Assembly (NCBI GenBank): GCA_010015805.1
Contig: ML978128.1
Location: 868,001-932,000, forward strand
Length of the DNA: 64,000 nt
Direction: 5' to 3'
Source of the DNA: Rhizodiscina lignyota
Lineage: Eukaryota
Under the pieces are notes generated by a model, which saw only the letters and a list, made by a program, of their open reading frames with translations, was not told the DNA's origin and did no database searches. Positions 39,256 through 51,353 of this stretch are shown here, piece after piece (the stretch's first letter is position 1; each line of letters begins with the position of its first letter). The position numbers and the translations under genes are program-made.

Positions 39256-42240
39256 ATGCCTCCAGAATACGTCGATGGCGTTGGGATTGGAGTTGCTTTG
39301 GACCATGGGATTCCAAGAGTTCAGGAGACGAGCAGCGATCGCGTAGTTGGCGGAATTGAAAATGATTCCGAACGCGCAAACAAGGTGCCACACGACTCGG
39401 TCCTCGACTCGAATTTCGTTTCGAGAAATTCTTCTACCGGCTCACCGCTGGGTTCACCGTTGAGGAATGAGATGCATCAAGACATTCGCACAACAAATTT
39501 GTGGTTGGAGGATCCCGCAGCAGAAGAAGCCTGGGCGCTAGGAGGTCGGACTCCGACGGCGATGCGTCCACCACGACACGAGTCTCTGAAGCATCTTCAG
39601 GCGACGTCTCCCTTGGCACAATCAAGTCCAGTAAACGACGAATTTCCTGGCAATCCTTTGTCTCCTCCTATGCGAGCTTCCACAAATGGTTCCCCAAACC
39701 TGCGTCCGGACTCGTGGTGGCGGTCTGAAAGTAGACCGAACTCTGGACAGCCATCACCAACACTTGCGAGAGCGGTGGAACAACGCAATTCAGCGTCGAG
39801 TGGCCTACATAGTCCCATGCTGGCTGGGGTTCCCAACCCACGAGTACGTGGCATGACGGCGTCTTCGGCACAGCAGCCCTCACTTCACAGTTCGGCGTCA
39901 ATACCTGACCTGGCATCCTTTCGTATGAGCAATCGGACCTTACCAACCTCTATGTATAGACCTGAACGAGTGCCAACGATGATGAGGGACAGCGGACACT
40001 CATCTCTAAGGCGCGACCCCTTCGCGCTGCCATTTGCGGAAGAATCCAGGTCGAGTGTTCGTTCTGCATGGACTGCCGCGTCCTCTGGGTTTCTGGGAAG
40101 CGATCGCAGCAGCGTTGTAACTAGGGCCAGCTCGACCAGTGATCTGGTAGGGATGACGAAGCGAATGGATGATCTGCTACTGAGCGTTGAGGATGCAATT
40201 ACCATGTACTCAAACGGCTTCACGGACGACGCTCCTCCGGATCTGCCCTCGGAATTTTCTGACGAAGACCACAGTCAGATGGAGCGTCCAGTGTCTGACT
40301 TCCCAGCCAGGAACAGCTCTCGTTTACAGGAAGTTACAGTCTACGACGACCAGACGCACTCCAACGAGCTAACCCCAATACCACCTAATTCCCAAGGGCC
40401 ACAGAGATTCAGCGATCAATTATTATCGCCGAAGGAGCAACTGTTGTCACCGTCACCCAAATCGCCTTTGCATAACCAACAACAATATCACGAAACTAAC
40501 GGAGAACCTTTCGCTGAAACCGATAGGCAATCACAAACCTCGCCTTTCGAAATCAGGTTTTCAGGACCCGAATCTCCCTTCGATATCAAAATGTCATCAC
40601 GTCCTGCTACTCCTTCCTCCGAAAACGTATCCGAGCAACATCAGCTTTCAAGACGACAAAGTGACGAAGACCTCGACCGCAGCACCTTTGACGACGCGCC
40701 ACCCGCATTTACTAGATCTCCTATGTCACCAGATTCTCCATCTCAGCCTCCTACACCTCTACCAAAAGACGATCCATTCAAGCCACAGGAACTGGACAAG
40801 CCCTTGCCCGAACCTGGAAAGCCGTCGAAACCATATTTGCCTCTCCCAACCGCGCCAGATATGCATCGACAGAAGGCTATCAGAGCATCCGAGACCGAAT
40901 TTATTAATCCAAGATCCCCACCCTTACGGCCACCGATGCCTGTTCCACGTGACCGGTACGGGTTCAAGAAAGCCAGCCAGTACATCAAGACTGAGCAGTA
41001 TGATGAGTGGAACGAAGGCTACTCTGAATACCTGGACCGTAGACGAGGAAAATGGATGCTACTGATGAAGCAATACGGATTGGCCACCGAAAATCCAGTA
41101 CGATTTCCTCCGAAGACTGAAAAGGTCAAACGATACATCCGAAAGGGCATCCCACCTGAATGGAGAGGCGCTGCGTGGTTCTGGTATGCCGGTGGCCCCG
41201 GGCGACTCATCCAAAATCCAGGATTATATCGAAGCTTGATCGAGCAGCTCAACCAGGGGATGTTGAGCGATTCTGACCGCGAACACATCGAGCGCGATCT
41301 GAATCGAACGTTTCCAGACAATATCCGATTCAAACCAGATGTCCCTCCCAAAAAGGAATCTCAAGACCACATCGATATTGACGAACTACAACTCCCAGAT
41401 ACCTCAATGATCCGCGCGCTTCGCCGAGTCCTATCAGCATTCGCCATACACAATCCTAGTATTGGCTACTGCCAATCACTCAACTTCCTTGCTGGCTTAT
41501 TACTTCTCTTCCTAGATGAAGATGAAGAGAAGACATTCATTCTTCTGAACGTCATCACAGGAATTCACCTCCCCGGCACTCACGCCAAAATTTTGGAAGC
41601 CAATGTGGACATTGGCGTTCTAATGATGTGCATCAAAGACTCTATGCCCGCAGTGTGGAACAAAATCGATGACAATGACGAAATCAAGTCAACGAATCCC
41701 TCAGGCTCTGTGTCTCGCCTCCCTACCGTATCCCTCGCAACAACAGCATGGTTCATGTCCTGCTACATCGGCAACCTGCCCATCGAAACCGTTCTCCGCG
41801 TCTGGGACGTGTTTTTCTACGAAGGCTCGAAAACGCTCTTCCGCATCGCACTTACCATTTTCAAGCTCGCCGAGGACGACATTCGCGCCGTTCAAGAGCA
41901 CATGGAGATCTTCCAACTCGTCCAGACCATCCCGCGCCGCTTGCTAGACGCCAGTGGCCTGATGGAAGCGTGCTACAAGCGTCGCAATGGCTTCGGTCAC
42001 ATCAGTCAGGACGCGATCGAAAAAGCCCGTGTGGAGCGACGGAAGTTACTCGCTGATGAGCGGGCAAGGAAGATGGGCGCTAAGAGCGCGACTCAAGCAA
42101 ACGGAGAGATTCCAGTGGACGATGAGGATGGACGATCTCGGCTGGCCGTAGGCATGGGCAATTTGAGAAGGGCGGCTAGTAGAGCGAGGATGAAGCGGAG
42201 CACATCTAAAAGGCGGGCGCCGAAAGCTGGGCAGGGATAA
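39256..42240 (+). CDS. Rab GTPase-activating protein, TBC domain (Msb3/Gyp3-like)
   Basis: IRKGIPPEWRGAAW, IERDLNRTFP (R finger), GYCQSLNF (Q finger), LRVWDVFFYEG; long S/P-rich N-terminus. Confidence 0.92.
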   Translation: MPPEYVDGVGIGVALDHGIPRVQETSSDRVVGGIENDSERANKVPHDSVLDSNFVSRNSSTGSPLGSPLRNEMHQDIRTTNLWLEDPAAEEAWALGGRTPTAMRPPRHESLKHLQATSPLAQSSPVNDEFPGNPLSPPMRASTNGSPNLRPDSWWRSESRPNSGQPSPTLARAVEQRNSASSGLHSPMLAGVPNPRVRGMTASSAQQPSLHSSASIPDLASFRMSNRTLPTSMYRPERVPTMMRDSGHSSLRRDPFALPFAEESRSSVRSAWTAASSGFLGSDRSSVVTRASSTSDLVGMTKRMDDLLLSVEDAITMYSNGFTDDAPPDLPSEFSDEDHSQMERPVSDFPARNSSRLQEVTVYDDQTHSNELTPIPPNSQGPQRFSDQLLSPKEQLLSPSPKSPLHNQQQYHETNGEPFAETDRQSQTSPFEIRFSGPESPFDIKMSSRPATPSSENVSEQHQLSRRQSDEDLDRSTFDDAPPAFTRSPMSPDSPSQPPTPLPKDDPFKPQELDKPLPEPGKPSKPYLPLPTAPDMHRQKAIRASETEFINPRSPPLRPPMPVPRDRYGFKKASQYIKTEQYDEWNEGYSEYLDRRRGKWMLLMKQYGLATENPVRFPPKTEKVKRYIRKGIPPEWRGAAWFWYAGGPGRLIQNPGLYRSLIEQLNQGMLSDSDREHIERDLNRTFPDNIRFKPDVPPKKESQDHIDIDELQLPDTSMIRALRRVLSAFAIHNPSIGYCQSLNFLAGLLLLFLDEDEEKTFILLNVITGIHLPGTHAKILEANVDIGVLMMCIKDSMPAVWNKIDDNDEIKSTNPSGSVSRLPTVSLATTAWFMSCYIGNLPIETVLRVWDVFFYEGSKTLFRIALTIFKLAEDDIRAVQEHMEIFQLVQTIPRRLLDASGLMEACYKRRNGFGHISQDAIEKARVERRKLLADERARKMGAKSATQANGEIPVDDEDGRSRLAVGMGNLRRAASRARMKRSTSKRRAPKAGQG

Positions 42241-42893
42241 CGATATACGATTCTCGTCTTCATGTTGATTGTCTTTGAGGGTGGAACTTTGATACCAGCG
42301 TTGCGGGACAGAAGCCGTGCTGTCTCGTTGTATATAGGCATAATGATAACATCTAATCGCATTCCACCCTTAAAATTCACTATTTTCCCAAGATGCTGTT
42401 TCGCAGATAATGGATCCAAGTGAGGTGTGCTACTTCCTCTATGTCCAAGCGACGGATAGCAACTTCCCACGAGTAATTAAAGGTTTCTGTCAGTGCAAGT
42501 CCAATTTGAGAAAACTACTCTTCGATAGTCGTCTACTGGAACGGGTAGGCACGATCATCTCCCTGCTTGCAATCTCATAGCTGGCTCTGCGTCAATGATC
42601 AGCATTTGCTAAGACCAGCATCTAGTCCCCACAAAGTACGGCGTCAGAGCAAGTTGAAGATCAACTTGATTGTTGCTGGGATCCACTTATGCTACAGGCC
42701 CAGATCTGCGAAAGTATTGTCTGTGCTATAGAGAACAATTGATCTTTAGCAATGTATGATGTACGAAGATAATTGGGTATCCAAGGAGCGCAGAATTGAA
42801 AACGGCCACATAACACAAACCGATCGACGAGATGGCTGCAGCTCATACGAAGTATCAATGGAAACAACACTTTCTAGAACTCGTCCCTCCTCG

Positions 42894-44094
42894 CTACATC
42901 ATCTGAAGCCACTCCGTGCCCTCTCCCCTCCAGCAAACCACAGATCTGCCGTGACCGGATCCTCTGACCGGGAACTCCCCACGGCACTTCTCAAGATGGG
43001 GACCCTTCCCTCTCGGATGATCACGCCAGATCTCAATGCCATCCCAAACAGATGTATCACTGGCCAACGCCGCTACCCTCGAGGCTTGTTGGAGATCCGC
43101 GACTTCCATTAGAACTATCTTGGCTCCGACGTCTTGAGCGATCTGAAGCAGACGCGGGTAGAACGTATCCCCTTCGTCCAAATCTTGGCTCGTCCCTGGA
43201 TCTGAAGAGCCCGGACGAGGAGGAACGAGAGCGGTCTTGGGCTCGAAGAGGCGTACTGAGCGCTGGGTGTCTCTGTGGAATGACTGGGAAGAGATGTATG
43301 GCGGGTTCGATATCAGAATGTCCCACTCAGGTACATCGATCTGGCGTAAAACCGTCATTAAGTCGGGGATCCCTTGAGGATTTGGGCTTTGCTCAGGACG
43401 CAAGACATCTGCTTGGAAGAATGCCGTGCTGTCCAAGGCATGGCGGCTTGCCCACGTGGAGCCAGCGTTTGACCTGCCAGTTAATGATTGCTGCAGAAGC
43501 AGCCTGTTATGCTCCGCAAGCTGAACGGCATCTGCAGAGATGTCTGCTCCAACGAGACTCAGATGCGGAGGATCCCTAGCGTTTGGCCAGTTCTTCGCAA
43601 AGACGTGTTGGAACAGTAAAGGAATACATCCAGTGCCGCAGCAGAGGTCCAAAACGCGAAGCGTGGAGGGCAGCTTCCTCGCAGCCGAACAGAGCCTCTC
43701 TGCGAAGTATGTGACAGCTGCAGCTGTTTCCGGCCTGTCATATGCAACATTAGTCTAGTGACTTTAAAAGTGGCATTGATGGAAGTATGTACCGCGGAAT
43801 CAAAACGCCAGGTTTGCAAGCGACTTCGATATCGCCAAAGAATTCGCTTCCCAACAAATACTGCAGTGGTTTGCCCGAAGCTCTTTTAACACACAGAGAC
43901 CTCAATAACGGTTTCCACGAATCATTGCGTTCGTCTCTGTGACCTCCAGCATTCTGTACACTAGAAATGGCGTGCTCGCGGAGCCAGCGGAGTTCGTTAC
44001 GAGCGGATTCGAGATCGCGGCATTCTCGAAGCAGAAGTTGTAAAAGAGGACTCTTGGACGTTAGCCTCAGTAAATGATATGGCAACCGAGGCAT
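42894..44094 (-). CDS. MTQ1: HemK/PrmC-family release factor glutamine methyltransferase, mitochondrial
   Basis: GKPLQYLLG, VLIPR|PET, DLCCGTGCI (SAM motif I), ISNPPYI; one intron at ~43736-43792. Confidence 0.85.
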
Positions 44095-44512
44095 ATGCCT
44101 CAACGCCTTAGCCTTGTCTTGCTAAAGATAGTTGTCCGTTATGAGTTGTCGGGACTCGGGTAGTGGGAAGGGTTGAACAATATGTAGGGTTAGGGGTTTT
44201 GATCAGGGGTTGCCATCCAATGCGACAAATCATGGCAGTGGACATGCGATGTAATTGCTACGTGGATTCCCTTGATTGATGCAAATGAAAAGTAAATTCC
44301 TAAGCCCCATTAATTCCCGTGTCCATTACTCCATCGAACTGAGATAACCTTCAAAGGCTAACCAGCCGCAACCCTAAACGCCGTAAGGAGTCCAGTCTAT
44401 TAGATACAGCAGTGCTAATAATGCCGTCCTCTCTAAGAATGACATGCGCTATAGTTAGATGGCCTAACTTTTGCCTCCCAATGCAGTTAAGAAATTCGTA
44501 TATTCGTCTCTT

Positions 44513-45350
44513 TCAACCTTCCTTCGTCCAGTCAAGATCGAATCGGCCTTCCGCATTCTTGTAGTTCTTCAAGAAGCTGACCACGTCGTTTGCGGTCAAT
44601 GCTTCGACTAGAATATTCGCGTTGTTCGAGGCGATGAAGCCTTGGTTCACAGCCGTTTTCACCCAGCTGATGAGACCGTCCCAGTAGCCCTCGACGTTGA
44701 ATACCACGACGCCCTTGTCATGGATGCCCAATTGATTCCACGTCGTAACTTCCATGAGCTCTTCCATTGTTCCGTATCCTCCGCTTAGCGCAACGAATCC
44801 GCCTCCAGGTCCACCTGATATGACTTCCTTGGCCATCATCTGCTTCCGAGTATGCATATCCGGCACGACAGTCGTCCGACCGAAGATCTTCTCATCGATG
44901 GCTTTGCCGGCATTATCGGGATCGCTCGCATCCCAGCCCTGTTCGTAGCGCATGAGAGCAGCAGGAATGATACCGTGGACGGATTCAGGGCCGGACAAGG
45001 AGACGAGTGTTTTTGCAAGCTCGCCCATTATGCCCACCGTGCCTCCGCCGTATACCAGGTTAATGTTGTTCTTGTGGAACGCATCAGCGAGATCACGAGC
45101 CGCTGCAAGGTGAACCGGGGAGGAACCGTCTTTTGCGCCGCAACTGGAACAATTCGTTAACACTTTCCACGAACACGGTGATGGCAATGGTGGAAGAGTC
45201 GTCGACTTACAATACGCATACTACCGGCCCCTGCTTCTTGACTCCGTTAAGTGTCGTAGAAGTTCCGTTCGTACCACTCAAGTGTTTCGTCGGGGACAGT
45301 GTCGGTGTTCCTGTCACCGGTGTCGCGAACTGTGACTGTGAAGTAGCCAT
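44513..45350 (-). CDS. LOG-family (lysine decarboxylase-like) nucleotide phosphoribohydrolase
   Basis: VCVF|CGA, LVYGGGTVGIMG, MHTRK, LSGGYGTMEEL, WNQLGIH motifs; one intron. Confidence 0.9.
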
Positions 45351-45724
45351 TGCGATGCAGTTAGCTTACTTACGCGCCGATTGAGGAGAGAATACGTCAA
45401 AGCCCTATTATATAGGCGATTCCTTGTCGTGAGCCGGAGTTGCACGCGTCTCAACAAGTGACACATCGTTGTACATAGCTTCATGTGACTCGATCCCGAA
45501 AAGTAGAATGACGTTTAGTTCCGCCCGCAAAACCCCTGCAAAGCCCGTCGCTCGCAGCTCGTGTTCGTGCTCGTGGCTTTTGATAGCCGACATTGAGCCG
45601 ATCAATCGCAGAGTGCATGCGAATCGTTTGGATACCTAATCTGTCCGCATCACCAACGGCCTCCTCTCATATCTCCTCTACTCAAGGCCGTTCCTACAGC
45701 TTTTAGCTGTAACAACCCGCCAAC

Positions 45725-47753
45725 ATGCCTGAGGCAGCGCCAGCACGGCAAGAAGAGCAGCAGGGGAGTGGAGTAAGTGCTTTCTCTCCGCCGAAATTGC
45801 GCCATAGATTAACGAATGGAGCAGATGATGTGGAAGATAGTCCAGAGCGTGGGCATGTTCTTCTTGATTCAGTTCGCGATGAAGCAATTCATGCCCTCCT
45901 CCCAAAGCTCCAACTCGACATCGTCCGGCGCCGCTCCGAAGGCCGCCGTCCCAGCCTTCGACAACCGTCCGGCTGCACTCGATGAGGGCGCGCAGTATTA
46001 CCAAATACCGCAAAGCATTGCGCCAATATGGCCTCAGGGAACATCGCTCGATATCAGCATGTACATCTCGCCAAGCATCGTAGTACCCAGCTTGAAGAGT
46101 ATGCCGTCAGAGTGGCGGATTACAGAGGAGAAAGAAATGAAGTTGGGCGACTACTCTGACAAGCGCGTAATTGATGCCGTATTCCCAGTTCCAAAGGAAG
46201 TACAGCACAATGGCACGCTCTGGGCGCACTTCTTCGTTGCCCAGTCAGGTTCGCAGTTGGATCCATCCGCTCCAGACTACAATGTCGGGAAGGCCTTCCA
46301 CTACTTCCGCCCGCTCACCCAACACCTCAAAAAGAAGAAGGTAAAGAAGGTTCGAAATCTACTGGCTGGAAAGAATGACCTGGCCGAGGAAGAAGAGCCG
46401 GAAGAGGCGGACAAGGGCCCGCAGGTCGTTTCGTACTATCATCCGAACTTTACCATCTCCCTCATTCCGGACAGCGGGACTGTCAACTACCCCGCCATGC
46501 AGCCTGCTCTTAGGCAGTTTATCGTCCTCGAGCGCACAGGAGCTCGCGACGCTAGCGGAGCCAATGGCTGGTACTATCCGATCGTCTATGTGAATACATT
46601 CTGGCAATTGCGCGATCACATGACGGAACTCAACGATACGGTCAAGGAGCTTCCAATTCACATCGACCTAAACAACCAAGCAAACTGGAAGTTCAGCCTC
46701 TTTGCGAGCATTGATGAAGGCATGAAGATGAACGCGCACAAGGCGGCCGCCGAGGGCACTACCTTGCCAGGAGGCGGTGACGGCAGTGAGTTTGAAGAAT
46801 TCAAGCGCATCCTCCTCGACAGCAATCCGATTCTTCTCTCCACGACCTTCGTGGTCAGTATCCTCCACACCATTTTCGAGATGCTTGCCTTCAAGAACGA
46901 TGTTTCCCACTGGCGGAAGAAGAAAGACAACGTCGGCACATCTTTCCGCACGATTCTCGCCAACGTCTTCATGCAAGGTGTCATCTTCCTGTACCTTATG
47001 GACAACAACGAGAACACGTCTTGGATGATTCTGTTCGGCCAGGGCATGGGCATCGCTATCGAAGCCTGGAAGATCACCAAGACCGTCAACGTGCGTATCC
47101 GCCAGACAGAGCCGAGCTGGAAGACGCTGTTCCTGCCTTACGCGGTGGTATTCGAGGACAAGCACGTCTTAAGCGAGACGGAGAAGAAGACGCAGGAGTA
47201 CGACGAGATCGCGTTCAAGTATCTGTACATGGTCGCCGTGCCGCTGCTGCTCGCGTATGCGGTGTACAGCTTGAACTATGAGAGCCACAAGAGCTGGTAC
47301 AGCTTCATCATCACCACACTAGTCGGGTCCGTGTATGCGTACGGCTTCCTGATGATGGTGCCGAGCTTGTACATCAACTATCGCCTCAAGTCCGTTGCGC
47401 ACATGCCCGGACGCGCGATGGCGTACAAGTTCCTCAACACTTTCATTGATGACTTGTTCGCATATACGATTAAGATGCCCACGTTGCATCGGCTGGCCAC
47501 TCTCAGAGATGATGTCATTTTCTTCATCTACTTGTATCAAATGTGGGCTTATAAGGTGGATTACGGCCGTGTCAATGAGTTTGGCCAGGGTGGCGACGAG
47601 GAAGAGAGTGAGGAGAAGACGGCCAACAAGCCACTGACCGCACCGCCTGACGCTGATGGGAAGGTCAAGGAGGCCATTGAGGATATCAAGGAGGCGGATG
47701 CTAAGGCTACGGGAGTTGCAAAAGGCCAAGGCAGTAGTAAGAAGAGGAAATGA
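45725..47753 (+). CDS. CLPTM1 family ER membrane protein (putative lipid scramblase)
   Basis: FEMLAFKND, PSLYINYRLKSVAHMP, YKFLNTFIDDLFA, RVNEFG motifs; intron 45773-45824; KKRK C-terminus. Confidence 0.92.
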
Positions 47754-48259
47754 GTTTTATCACGGCGAGGGACCGGGTGGCTATGAAGGCCAGAATATTG
47801 CATGAGTTGACCAGATGCATTGGTCACGTCCTCTTAAACTTGAGCATCGTATTGGCGCTGGGTGTATACCGTTCGCATCTGCGGCTCGGTCTGGAGTAGA
47901 TAATGAAAAGTTGGTTCTGAGTGCGAGTATCAGCTGGACTATTGCTCTAATACATCTAAAAGAGTCCTCTCTTCATCAGTCATCTTCGCGCTCAGCGAAG
48001 CTAAAGCTCGCCTGAAATGGCTGCGGTATCGTAAACCCGAAGGCTTTCAAGACTGAGAATAAGTCTCCTGCAGGCACGACTATTTGCAAGCCCCTGCGCC
48101 GTGCTCGTCCTCTCTCGAAGCTTCTAAAGCCGTAGAGCTCTGAGCCGGAGGCCGATTCGATTGCGTCGACGCCAAAGTATCTCTGGGAACGTGACAGTAG
48201 TTGTACCTGATGCTGCCCAGGAAGTGAAAGACAAAGACGCCATCATATCGTCCAGATGT

Positions 48260-51009
48260 TCAAGTAAACCCATCCACACCAACAAGAATATCTGCCTCCG
48301 CCCCGGATCCTACACTCGCCGTGCTCAGTCTGGCGCATAAGCTCAAGAACACGACTGTCTCGGTCGCCGCAAGATAATTCAACGTGTCTAGAAGAATCTT
48401 GAGATGCTTTGAGAAGTTGTCCTCATACTTCTTTAACAGGTCGAAAAGCTTAGTGATCTTCGTCGGGTCATGAGCAGGAGGAACCTTGCCAGTCGTTGCT
48501 TTGGACAAAGTGGAGTTGACAGATGCTGCGGTCGATGCGTCTGTGGGGGCAGACAGATCGGGATCGGCCGCGACGATATGGCGAGTTAGAGAGGCGGTGT
48601 ATTGGGCGAACATTGTGCAGGTAGATATAATCCTGGAGTTGATCTGTTGTCGTTGTCAGTGGACTGGTGTCATCAAAAAAGTTCTGTCTAGCCAAGTACC
48701 TTGAGAAGCTTTGAATTGGTCAACATGCATTCCTTCAAGCACGTTGCCAGAAAATCGACATGATCTTTCATGAGCTCGTCCACCGTTCTCCTAGGCGTAT
48801 TCGCGTCCTCATCCTGTTCAGCCGTGCTGCTCAATCTCCCCATTAGCGCGACCCAGTTCGGTTCGATCACTTCGCTGGTCGAATAGTAGAGAAGCTGTTG
48901 GACGAAGACCAGCATCCGAGCCCTGAGCGTCCATGCTCTTCGTTTCCACCGCTCTATGCGCGGATCACGGCTTCTGTGTCTCCAGCTCTGCACTTTCGAG
49001 TGATCGAGCCAGCTATTGGTGAGCAGAGTCTCCAGGTGTCGAAGGTTCAACAGATAGCGAAACAATAATTGGTATCGAGTCAGGGTGACCCGGCTCACGA
49101 CCAGCGATAGTGGGAATGGCATTGCGTAGTCGAGGACCAGCGCATCGAATCCAATGATGTCTTTGTCGTCGGTGACGATCGCAGTAGGGGCTGGAGTAAG
49201 GTAGTTACTTGGATTTCCAATTCCTCCAGCGGCATTTGCTTCATCCACGTCCATGCCTTGCACGTTGACGATTTTCATTAGCCAGTTTGCCAGATGCGTC
49301 TCGTTCATGTCGACCTTCACGTCCTCCTTGTATGGATCTTCGGCTGCTACACTTCCGGGCTGTCGCAGAACAATGTCCAGCAGGGATTGCAACTTGCCAA
49401 TATTGACGTTCTTCGCTGGCTTTTTCAGCTCAGAAGCTCCTAATTCTAGGAAGTAGCTGAAGAAGTCGGACCGATCGAGGAAGAAGTAGTGCTTTAGACT
49501 CCTTAACCGAGCTGGAAGCGCATGAGTGGTGAGGAGCAATCTCATCAAGCTGCTATTTGCAAATGCGTACGCGCTGTTGACGTTGTCGAGGAATCTTGGG
49601 TCGGAGAACGTAGTTGGAACGTCGTGGAGGTCCTGTGAGATATCGACACCACCACACTCGCGTACTACGTTCAGGTACTTTCCCGCTAGAAGTACCTTGT
49701 CTGTCACAGCTTCTAATTGAGGCGGAACGACATCCTTTCGGATCGTGTAGCGCTTCTCCCAGTACTCATCAGTATAATCCTGATCCAGCCTTTCTCTCTT
49801 GATCGACTTCTGCTCCTTAACTAGGAATTCTGCATGAGGATCTTTGATGCCGCCATGGTGCAACCACTCATTCAACATTGCCATATAAGGCCTGCTGGAT
49901 TCTCTCAGCAATGTAGTAAGCAGTTCTCTGGCTGCAGGATCTCCCGACATTGCTGCCAGCCGCCGGGTGATGAGCCCAAGTACACTGCCACCTTTGCAGA
50001 CTTTCTTCCCTGGTATGCCTGTCTGCGGATTGCCATCTCGTAGCGATTCCAATATGTTCTCGAAGTTTTCGGTATCGGAGAGGGAATCTGATTCGTCATC
50101 GTCCAGTATTGAATTTGCGCGGAGAACTTCGAGACCAAGAGTATAAAGCTGAAGAAGCATATGCGAGGTTGGCTTAGTGTGGAGATTGAGAACATGGAGC
50201 GTAAATGTGGGATTGGTGAGGTCCTGATGCTCCAACTGCGCGATGAGGATGAGATAGTCTTTGAGGAGCTTCCGTACAGCAGCGCACAGCGCGTGGTTGA
50301 CTGCTCCGTACTCTTCTCTGCTCTGAACCTCTAGGAAGGTCTCAATTGCTATGTAATGCGTCGCCATCTTGAGCATGGACGTCGTGAGGTCTCGCAAACT
50401 CGGATCAAGGCCAGGGAGTATTTGAAATGAGGGGCCCACAAGCCTGTCCTTCTCTTCCAGAGGGTTGTATATGTCGACATAACGGATATATTGCCCTTCA
50501 AATCCCATGAAAACGAACAACAGATCCTCGAGTATAGCCGCCTCTTGCGCTTCGAGCGACAGCTGATTCAGAGGCTGGGGTTCGAGTGTCTTTGGTGCAG
50601 TGGACGCCAGTGGAGGGACAGATATTCGAGGCGCAAGAGGTGCAGAGGTGTGAGAAATGAGCGAGGCTTGTGGCTCCCATGGCTCTAGCAACTGCCGTCA
50701 GTATAAGGTATGAGCAAGACAAATGAGCACAGTACTTGGTGGCTCCTCAATGTGAGACTCTTTCTCGTCCGACTTTGGAATTGCCTCTGGCTCACGACTT
50801 CTTTTGCGATTGACGCGACTGTCCGAAGAATGTTTCAACGGACTTCTCGTCCTGGTCCTTACGGTCACCGTTTCTCTTGTCGTGGTATGATTGCGGTCCG
50901 TCCTCCGCTCAGAAGTCGTTGCGCCAGACTGTTTGCGCGCATGTGTCCCCGAAGAACTTCTCCGATCGCCATTTGTTGACGGCGCACGATGAGGAAATGA
51001 AGAAGACAT
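48260..51009 (-). CDS. SPC97: Gamma-tubulin complex component GCP2 (Spc97/Alp4)
   Basis: QEAAILEDLLFVFMG, DPHAEF, DEYWEKRY, AGKYLNVVRECG, FPLSLVVSR...YQLLFR, CLKECMLT motifs; two introns. Confidence 0.9.
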
Positions 51010-51114
51010 GACTGCCTTCAAAATGGTCCATGAAGAATCAGTACTGTTCTAATGTGCCAACGTTTGTTGACGGTATTCCCTTAGAGGAAGCCGGGATAAC
51101 TTCGGTCAGCTTCA

Positions 51115-51131
51115 ACGCGTCCGCGACGCGT
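51115..51131. promoter_or_regulatory. Tandem MCB boxes (ACGCGT x2) upstream of GCP2
   Basis: ACGCGT at 51115-51120 and 51126-51131, ~110 bp upstream of ATG 51009. Confidence 0.6.
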
Positions 51132-51353
51132 CAAAATGGCTCCGTCTGTTGGAGCAGAGCCTTTCAACGTTCGCGGCCAGAGTCGATTCCAACTGCTCAG
51201 TCTTCAGATGCAAATGGTTTCTCTAATATAGCCTTGCGCCAAAAGCCAAGCATTGAATGTGAAGGCATCTTAAGCAAGTGCACTGCTAAACGTTCTTATA
51301 TTCTCTAGATTCAAGCAGTATTTCTCAATATGTATGTCTATCTCTAATTCCGT

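Noticed and set aside
44185..44378. TAGGGTTAGGGG and AACCCTAA telomere-like words (also TAGGGTTAG near 54828)
   Set aside because: Fewer than two full repeats, and the interval is too short for a Pezizomycotina telomerase RNA; at most telobox-factor sites.
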